Shown: piece after piece, positions 9,438-15,946 of the stretch
Layout: every line of letters starts with the position of its first letter
How positions within the stretch are numbered: the stretch's first letter is position 1
The notes under the pieces: model-generated
Seen by the model: the letters and a program-made list of their open reading frames with translations, nothing else
The model's database searches: none
What the model was told of the DNA's origin: nothing
Position numbers and translations under genes: made by a program
IMG/VR virus record: IMGVR_UViG_3300022876_000192
Coordinates: 1 to 47,613 of that record
DNA: 47,613 nt
From: a virus
Taxonomy: Duplodnaviria > Caudoviricetes
Direction: 5' to 3' (one strand)

Positions 9438-9688
9438 CATTCCTAAACGCAACCCACTGATTTTCATAGAGAGAATCGGTAGGTTTTGGTGTCTGAAAAA
9501 TAACCAGACGGGACAGATGCCCGTCCCGGTGCGAAGGTGGGTGCGTGAGCAGTGAAGGCAATCTCGACAGAACGCCAAGAAAAAAGGTGCCTGCTTTTTT
9601 GGTAGCTAAGGACGCGAACGCCCAATGCTACTAAGCTGTCGTTCTAGATCTATGACGCAGCAGTACTCTTTTACTCCAGGAGCAACTC

Positions 9689-10666
9689 GTGAATACAAAC
9701 CAGAACTGGGTGGCTACATACGGACATGCTGAGATTAATGGAAGCGAAATCACTCATGTTCCTACGAAACCGTTGTTCAGTCAGCCAGTTACGGCTATAA
9801 GTGTCGACCAAAAAGTTTTTTCTCCTCACACAGTTCTTCGCTCAAATATCGAATTTGAGCAAGGCAGCATCTCATGGGAAGTTCTTCTTGACGGTGGCGC
9901 CGGTACATGTGTAATTCTTCTTCCAGCAGAACCTTCTTCACCCCAATCCTCTGGCACGGTAGCCAATCCAACTGAGCTAACTACTGATTTCGAGCTAGCG
10001 CTTGGAGTTAACTGCCTTGGCGCTCCGTATGGTATCGCGGGACTCAGGAACTTTAACTGGGAGCCGGTTATCGGTGCTGGACATGGTTCAGCCGTACCAG
10101 TCCATAAATGGGTCAGTATGAGTGTGCGTGCTGTTGGATCATCTATAGACCTGTACGTAGATAATGTTCGAGTGCTTACCGTTACGCGTACACTCAAGCG
10201 CGGTCAAATTGGGCTTTTCATGCAGGGCGACGAGCGAGTCAAGTTTCGGAATCTAAAAATCGACTCACAACAGCCTCTCTGCTTCGTCGTTATGCAGTTC
10301 TCAGCTGACTTCAATATATTGTATAGCGACGTTATAAAGCCTCTTTGTGAGGATTATGGCTACAATGTTGTCCGTGGAGACGACTTTCATACGTCTGGCC
10401 AGATTTTGGAAGATATAACTCAATCAATCCGTACCGCGGCACTTATAATTGCCGATGTCACTCCTGATAATCCAAATGTATTCTATGAGGTAGGTTACGC
10501 CCACGGTTTAGGCAAGGCCACAATTCTCCTAAGCGATCGATCTCGCGAAAGGCTGCCATTCGACATTTCCGGCTTTCGCACTCTTTTTTACGACAACACC
10601 ATCGGCGGCAAAGCAATAGTGGAACAAAGACTTAGGCAGCATTTAGACGCTCTTCGCGCACGATGA
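9689..10666 (+). CDS. fusion of concanavalin-A/DUF1080-like beta-sandwich and C-terminal nucleoside 2-deoxyribosyltransferase (NDT)-like domain
   Basis: N-terminal ...WVSMSVRAVGSSIDLYVDN...GQIGLF..VKFRNLKI; C-terminal CFVVMQF, IIADVTPDNPNVFYEVGYAHGLGK and LPFDI. Confidence 0.7.
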   Translation: MNTNQNWVATYGHAEINGSEITHVPTKPLFSQPVTAISVDQKVFSPHTVLRSNIEFEQGSISWEVLLDGGAGTCVILLPAEPSSPQSSGTVANPTELTTDFELALGVNCLGAPYGIAGLRNFNWEPVIGAGHGSAVPVHKWVSMSVRAVGSSIDLYVDNVRVLTVTRTLKRGQIGLFMQGDERVKFRNLKIDSQQPLCFVVMQFSADFNILYSDVIKPLCEDYGYNVVRGDDFHTSGQILEDITQSIRTAALIIADVTPDNPNVFYEVGYAHGLGKATILLSDRSRERLPFDISGFRTLFYDNTIGGKAIVEQRLRQHLDALRAR

Positions 10667-10860
10667 ACCGAACCTTTCACTGTCCATGCCTCAAGTTAAG
10701 GGCGGTTTATGATGTCCGCGTTCAGCCAAAAGCCTCCTATTTCAACGCACGCTCAGTAGCGCTTACAGGTTTATAAAAACATCATCTGAAATTAGGCAAC
10801 CGGCCATAACCGAAAGCCAGATGAGCTTGGCTTTCTGAATCACTCTTCAAGGACGACACC

Positions 10861-11079
10861 ATGCCCGATAACTCGCCTTCCACCATTGCCACGGCCGATG
10901 CTTTGACACTGCTTCTGCACAACCAGCATGCCCTCGGTGCAGCGATCGAAGAGATCGCCCATTGGATTTCAGGATCTGGAGCAGACAATGTTGCCGATAA
11001 CGCCGTTGCGGCCTTGGAAACACTGGACAGGAATGCGCAAGCGATCACCGAAGCGATCCTGCGTCTGAGAAATTCATAG
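10861..11079 (+). CDS. small helical prophage-associated hypothetical protein
   Basis: 72 aa ORF with AAGGA SD; LHNQHALGAAIEEIAHW motif shared with the 6915 pseudogene. Confidence 0.7.
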   Translation: MPDNSPSTIATADALTLLLHNQHALGAAIEEIAHWISGSGADNVADNAVAALETLDRNAQAITEAILRLRNS

Positions 11080-11231
11080 GTAGCCCACTGATAGACAGAA
11101 CTCCGTTTATGCTCAATAGGCCCCCACACCTGGCCCTGGTGTAGGGGCCATTTTTCTCTGGCGCGGCGACCAAACCTGCCTACACTGGTTGACCAGACAC
11201 CGGCAGGCTGGATCTGCCGCTTTGCTCGTCA

Positions 11232-12026
11232 TCAGAACAAGCCTCCCAGCGATTCTGGCGTCCAGTTCATGATCACCAACTCGCCGCTCACCTCGGCTTT
11301 ACCTTGTCGCTGGTTGGCAGTGCTGTAGCGAATGTCCAGGGTCTCGAAATGGAAGCCTTCGAACACGCGGCGGATGTCGGGGTGGTCGTTGATGCTAACC
11401 ATCACTTTGCCTTTGCAACGGCGCATGAAGTCGGCCATCCGTTCGAAGTTCTCGAACGGAAATTCCACGCCATACCCGGCGGTCTGCCAGTAAGGCGGAT
11501 CCATGTAATGGAAGGTGTGGGCACGATCGTAACGCTCAGCGCATTCAAGCCAGGGAAGATTTTCGACGTAGGTGCCGGACAGTCGCTGCCACGCGGCCGA
11601 GAGGTTTTCCTCGATCCGCAGCAGGTTGATGGCTGGGGCAGTCGTCGCCGTCCCGAAAGTCTGACCCGAGACCTTGCCGGCGAAGGCATGGTGCTGCAGG
11701 TAGAAGAATCGAGCGGCGCGCTGGATGTCGGTGAGAGTTTCGGGGCGGGTCATCTTCTGCCATTCGAACACCTGCCGTGAGCTGAGCGCCCATTTGAATT
11801 GGCGCACGAACTCTTCGAGGTGGTTCTGCACGACGCGATAAAGCGTGACCAGATCGCCGTTGATGTCGTTCAGAACCTCGACCGGCGATGGCTGGGGCTT
11901 CATGAAGTACAGCGCGGCACCGCCGGCAAAGACTTCAACGTAGCATTCGTGTGGCGGAAAAAGCGGAATGAGGCGATCGGCCAGGCGGCGTTTGCCGCCC
12001 ATCCAAGGGATGATGGGTGTAGACAT
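11232..12026 (-). CDS. DNA adenine methyltransferase (D12 class, Dam-like)
   Basis: WMGGKRRL, YVEVFAGGAA (SAM-binding), LNDIN and catalytic DPPY motifs. Confidence 0.92.
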   Translation of the reverse strand: MSTPIIPWMGGKRRLADRLIPLFPPHECYVEVFAGGAALYFMKPQPSPVEVLNDINGDLVTLYRVVQNHLEEFVRQFKWALSSRQVFEWQKMTRPETLTDIQRAARFFYLQHHAFAGKVSGQTFGTATTAPAINLLRIEENLSAAWQRLSGTYVENLPWLECAERYDRAHTFHYMDPPYWQTAGYGVEFPFENFERMADFMRRCKGKVMVSINDHPDIRRVFEGFHFETLDIRYSTANQRQGKAEVSGELVIMNWTPESLGGLF

Positions 12027-12043
12027 TGAAGGCAAGACCTTTA

Positions 12044-12059
12044 CTGTATGGATAAACAG
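12044..12059. promoter_or_regulatory. LexA (SOS) box
   Basis: CTGT-ATGGATAA-ACAG matches CTGT-N8-ACAG; lies between a candidate -35 (TTTACT, 12040) and -10 (TAGGCT, 12064) on the + strand. Confidence 0.7.
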
Positions 12060-12132
12060 GTGCTAGGCTCGTCGCGCTTTGTGCACGGAGCAAGAGCCTT
12101 GGCTGGACTTGCAGGGACGATCTGCAGGGACG

Positions 12133-12177
12133 GCGGCTGATCTGGATGTTGAAGCATCAGGATCGGCCGCTCTTTTT
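12133..12177 (+). terminator. long hairpin followed by T-tract (intrinsic terminator of a putative small RNA)
   Basis: GCGGCTGATCTGGATG-TTGAAG-CATCAGGATCGGCCGC-TCTTTTT. Confidence 0.55.
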
Positions 12178-12367
12178 CACTTCGGTGTTGAAACAACACG
12201 GGCTATGCGTGTGTTGCCGCTCATGCAAGTCAGCAAGAGCGGTTGAGTGGTAAGACTTCGATAGCAATGTGAGTAAATAAAGCATGAAACTTGTCATTTC
12301 ATTGCTTGAAAATCAGTGACGAGTGCTGCCACTGTGCGATTGAGCTATTTAATCGTATGAGGTTTGT

Positions 12368-12622
12368 ATGGAAGATCTGTCTGACGAGACCGAACTGATC
12401 AGCATGGTTGAAGAGATTCTTGAGGAGTACCCCTTCTCTACAGAGAAAGAACGCATCGCTCAAGGCATCGCCCAGCAAGTCATCAACCGTGGATACTCAT
12501 CTTTAACTGTTGCGCAAAAACGGGCATTCGACTCGGTGTTTCACGGTTTACTTTGGGATAAACAGGATCAGAAAGACACAGCACACCGCGCTTACCTGCT
12601 CAGTAGGGACTGTCCACCATGA
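12368..12622 (+). CDS. hypothetical moron protein (84 aa), antisense to the late operon
   Basis: ORF with GAGG SD, convergent with Rz. Confidence 0.65.
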   Translation: MEDLSDETELISMVEEILEEYPFSTEKERIAQGIAQQVINRGYSSLTVAQKRAFDSVFHGLLWDKQDQKDTAHRAYLLSRDCPP

Positions 12623-12626
12623 GTCC

Positions 12627-13169
12627 TCATTTATCGTCTGCGACTGATCGAGCATAAGCTTGGCAAGCAGCCAGCGCGATCAGTCCTTGGTCACCGGAAT
12701 CGGTGATGCTAATAATTCGTTGAGCATGCGCTGGGTCAAGTTCGGCTCTTGTGGGGCCATGAACCACGCCGCCGGTGGCGGTGGTGGCTGACAACGATCC
12801 GTTGCCGGCGCCGGTGGTGGCGTCGAGTAGGACTGACAGGCGCAGATCAGCAGTGGCAAGGCGGTCGCGCAGGCGACCTTGATCACGTTGGGCATCGCTC
12901 AAAGCTCGGTAATGGGTTTGTTCGCTAGTGGCCAGGCGCTGCTCGAGCGCAAGGCGTTTGTCCCGTTCGGCACGCTGCTGCGCAACCGTGGCGAGGGCCA
13001 ACTGGTTAAGGGTTTCGGTGTGGAGTCGGGCCTGCTCTGCGAGCTGTTTGCCGTAGCGCCAATCCTGTACTTGCCAGGTAATGGACGCAGAACCACCGAC
13101 CAAGACGATCAGCAGCACTCCTTTTGCCAGTAGCCGATACGGCGCCGGGATCAGTTCGCCGAGACGCAT
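12627..13169 (-). CDS. Rz: i-spanin (Rz-like)
   Basis: N-terminal TM helix, WQVQDWRYG, coiled coil; follows the endolysin. Confidence 0.85.
   Translation of the reverse strand: MRLGELIPAPYRLLAKGVLLIVLVGGSASITWQVQDWRYGKQLAEQARLHTETLNQLALATVAQQRAERDKRLALEQRLATSEQTHYRALSDAQRDQGRLRDRLATADLRLSVLLDATTGAGNGSLSATTATGGVVHGPTRAELDPAHAQRIISITDSGDQGLIALAACQAYARSVADDK
12680..12895 (-). CDS. Rz1: o-spanin (Rz1-like lipoprotein) embedded out of frame in Rz
   Basis: Signal peptide with lipobox LLICAC, then Pro-rich segment PPPAPATDRCQPPPPPAAWFM. Confidence 0.8.
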   Translation of the reverse strand: MPNVIKVACATALPLLICACQSYSTPPPAPATDRCQPPPPPAAWFMAPQEPNLTQRMLNELLASPIPVTKD

Positions 13170-13714
13170 AGCACCGCCCTCGCCCGCCCCCACAACTCCA
13201 GCCGATCCTGCAGGCCGTTGAGACCGCCGTTGATCCTGCGGGTGATTGTGTTGAATTCATTTTGATCGGCCAGCGCGTTCAGTCCATTCACTGACCAGAA
13301 CCATGCAGCCGATTCGGCAGCCCACTGCGGCAGCTCCAGCAATTCAGGCGTGCGCAGCAATCGCTCGTCACCGAACAGCGCCAAGCTGCAGCGCAGGTAG
13401 TTGTCGTGGCCAGTGACCTGGATCAGGCCGCGACCGCGATAGCGCTGGCCATCACCATCCGCTGCCGGCGTGTTGCCCAGTTTTGCAGCCAGGTTGCCGG
13501 TGTCGTATTTGCTCAGGTACTGATCGCCGCCCAGTTCCCGGACGTACTGCAGCTGACCCGACTCGTGACCGACTTGCGCCAGAAACGCGGCTTGGCGTTT
13601 CGGCGTGTTGATCTGTCGATGGGCCATGGCTGCGTTGAGGGCGGATACAAAAACGCCCGCTTGGCGGCGGGCGTTGGGCATGATGCTTTGCAGCTGTTGT
13701 TCAGTGATGGACAT
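13151..13714 (-). CDS. endolysin, glycoside hydrolase family 19
   Basis: AAFLAQVGHESG, YRGRGLIQVTG..NY and ITRRINGGLNG motifs. Confidence 0.92.
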   Translation of the reverse strand: MSITEQQLQSIMPNARRQAGVFVSALNAAMAHRQINTPKRQAAFLAQVGHESGQLQYVRELGGDQYLSKYDTGNLAAKLGNTPAADGDGQRYRGRGLIQVTGHDNYLRCSLALFGDERLLRTPELLELPQWAAESAAWFWSVNGLNALADQNEFNTITRRINGGLNGLQDRLELWGRARAVLCVSAN

Positions 13715-13763
13715 ACAAACTCCAGACGTAAAAAAACCGCACTCAGGCGGCGATGGGATGCGG

Positions 13764-14813
13764 TTACTGTTTCTCTATGTTCACAACCTTGAGGGGTGGT
13801 TTCGGCCCTTTCTTTTTCTTGCCCTTGGATTTACCTGCTTTGCCGGCATTGCATTCGACCGTGGTCGACCAGCCGGACTGGGTGAACACCTGCTCGACCG
13901 AATCCGCCAGGTATTCACCATCAAGCCCGACCTTGAAACCCTGAGCGATGATGGGACGCTCGGCGAAGATGTCCGTCCGGCCGGGCATTTCAAGCCGCAC
14001 ATCGGCGGTCGAGCGGTTGAACGCCGACAGACGTGCCTTGGCCGCCGCTTCAGCAGCGCCCTTGTCTGGGTAGATATGGCGGTCGGTATGCACTGCCGGC
14101 AATCCGTCCGGAGCGTCATCGTTGTCGATGGTAACCACCGCCAGCTTGCCGTTCTTTTTGTCCTGATGCTTGGTGGCCACCGCCTTGTGCGAATTGCGAT
14201 CGCCGAGACTGAATTGCCAGCGACTGAGGTCGCGTCGGGTCAGCGTGATAGCGCCGAACGTCTTCCCGCTGGCTGTCTGGCCACCTTGGCGCGGCATCAC
14301 CAACAGCTTGCCGTCGGCGACCTTGGCTGTGCAGTCGTACTGCTTGGCCAGACGGGTGATGAAATTAAAGTCGGATTCGTTGAGCTGGTCGACACGGGCG
14401 ACCTTGGTCGACACCGGACACACCGGCGTCCAACCATTGCGCGCGGCGACGTCAGCCACGATCTTCGACAACGGCACGCCTTCCCAGCTTCCGCTACGGA
14501 TGGTTTTGCCACTGCCACGCATGTCGCTGGCCTTGCCCTTGATCACGATGGTATCCGGCGGCCCTGACACCTCGACCGTGTCGACGGTGTAACTGCCCAT
14601 ACGCGTCAAGGTCGTTTCGGCATAGCCCAGGTAGATCTCGATTGAGCTGCCACGCCGTGGCAATTGCACTTGCCCATCACGGTCGTCGATACGCAACTCA
14701 AACTCGTCGGACTCCATGCCTGGCTTGTCAGAGGTGCGCAGCAACAACAGCCGATCATTGATCTTGGCCGTGACGTCGGCCCCATCGGCGACAATTCGAA
14801 ACATCGGGGTCAT
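13764..14813 (-). CDS. late control/baseplate hub protein (P2 gpD-like)
   Basis: DKPGMESDEFELRIDD and DQLNESDFNFITRLA motifs; position after gpX. Confidence 0.85.
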   Translation of the reverse strand: MTPMFRIVADGADVTAKINDRLLLLRTSDKPGMESDEFELRIDDRDGQVQLPRRGSSIEIYLGYAETTLTRMGSYTVDTVEVSGPPDTIVIKGKASDMRGSGKTIRSGSWEGVPLSKIVADVAARNGWTPVCPVSTKVARVDQLNESDFNFITRLAKQYDCTAKVADGKLLVMPRQGGQTASGKTFGAITLTRRDLSRWQFSLGDRNSHKAVATKHQDKKNGKLAVVTIDNDDAPDGLPAVHTDRHIYPDKGAAEAAAKARLSAFNRSTADVRLEMPGRTDIFAERPIIAQGFKVGLDGEYLADSVEQVFTQSGWSTTVECNAGKAGKSKGKKKKGPKPPLKVVNIEKQ

Positions 14814-14910
14814 GGTTTTTTCCAATAAAAAACCCGCACAAGGCGGGCCAAAAAAACAAGGTGTTGTTACGCGTAACGCGGCGCGGCGCCAGCGAAGAGA
14901 TCGCCCCGGG

Positions 14911-15117
14911 TCAATCCCACAAGCTCACGCCCTCACTGGTCGGGCTGGGCAGATCCGGCAAGACGATGATCACGCCCAACCGGAACGGCTGAGGCTCATC
15001 GGCCAGCCCCTGATTGGCATCGAGCACGGCCTCGACACTGCCATTCAGATGGCCGTAAACGTTGTTGCAAATGACATCGAGCATGTCGCCATCAGACGTT
15101 CTGCATGTCGTCGCCAT
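14911..15117 (-). CDS. tail protein X (LysM-like, P2 gpX)
   Basis: GDMLDVIC..VYG...VEAVLDANQGLA...IVLPD...LWD. Confidence 0.85.
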   Translation of the reverse strand: MATTCRTSDGDMLDVICNNVYGHLNGSVEAVLDANQGLADEPQPFRLGVIIVLPDLPSPTSEGVSLWD

Positions 15118-15937
15118 AACGCTCAAACTCCAAAGTAAACCCCTGTTTGCGGGGAATCCCGCCGTGCAAAAACGCGCCCTGTTCATCGTTGATCGTCTTC
15201 AGGCACCACGTCCCGATCACCTCGCCATAGCCCGTGGTCAGGGTCAGCGGTTGCTGCCTGGCCCCGATGGAACGCAGCGTGTCGAGCTGCTTTAAACCGC
15301 CTTTGAAGCCTGGATAGATCGTGCCTTTGAGCGTCAACTTTTCATCGCCCATACCGATGGCCTGCTTCGCCGGGCGGCGCGTCAGCCGCTCCTGCGAAGC
15401 CCAGCGGAATTCGGTCGAACGGCTCAGCTCGTCGAACGCTGCCGTGTCCAGGTTGAAGTAATACGGCTCAATCTTCGGATCGCGCGGCTGAATGATCATC
15501 AGATGCGGGAACGGCTTCACCGCCTCCGGCGCCGGCGTGGCATCCACGGCAAAGGAGCTGGTGGGCACGATGTTGGCCAGCGCCGGGCTGACCTTGCCGG
15601 CGACGTTGTTGATCGCCGTAGCCGCCTTGCCCGCCTGTTCTTTCAATGTGCCCAGCCTCTCCTGCACTTCGGCCGCCGCCCGGGTGGCGCGGCCGTACAC
15701 CGCCGCCACCTGACCGACCTTGGCCTGAGCCGCGTCGACGCCGCGCATCACTCGCTGAAGTTTGGCGCCGATGACCGGACCAACAAACGGGATGTTTTCC
15801 AGCTCGGACGCGGCGCCGGTCAGTTCACGGATCGCGCCATTGACCGGGGCCAGCATGCCATCCGCGCTACGCCGCCCGGTTTCCGCTGCATCCACCAGAT
15901 ACTTCAGACTTGATTGCATCTGCTCCATGTAAGCCAT
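15092..15937 (-). CDS. tail protein, P2 gpU-like with N-terminal helical extension
   Basis: C-terminal RWASQERL, LTLKGTIYP and GEVIGTWCL motifs; follows the tape measure gene. Confidence 0.8.
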   Translation of the reverse strand: MAYMEQMQSSLKYLVDAAETGRRSADGMLAPVNGAIRELTGAASELENIPFVGPVIGAKLQRVMRGVDAAQAKVGQVAAVYGRATRAAAEVQERLGTLKEQAGKAATAINNVAGKVSPALANIVPTSSFAVDATPAPEAVKPFPHLMIIQPRDPKIEPYYFNLDTAAFDELSRSTEFRWASQERLTRRPAKQAIGMGDEKLTLKGTIYPGFKGGLKQLDTLRSIGARQQPLTLTTGYGEVIGTWCLKTINDEQGAFLHGGIPRKQGFTLEFERYGDDMQNV

Positions 15938-15946
15938 GAAACCTCC

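Noticed and set aside
11185-11200. Second LexA-like box CTGGTTGACCAGACAC
   Set aside because: Deviates from CTGT-N8-ACAG in both half-sites and has no clear downstream gene
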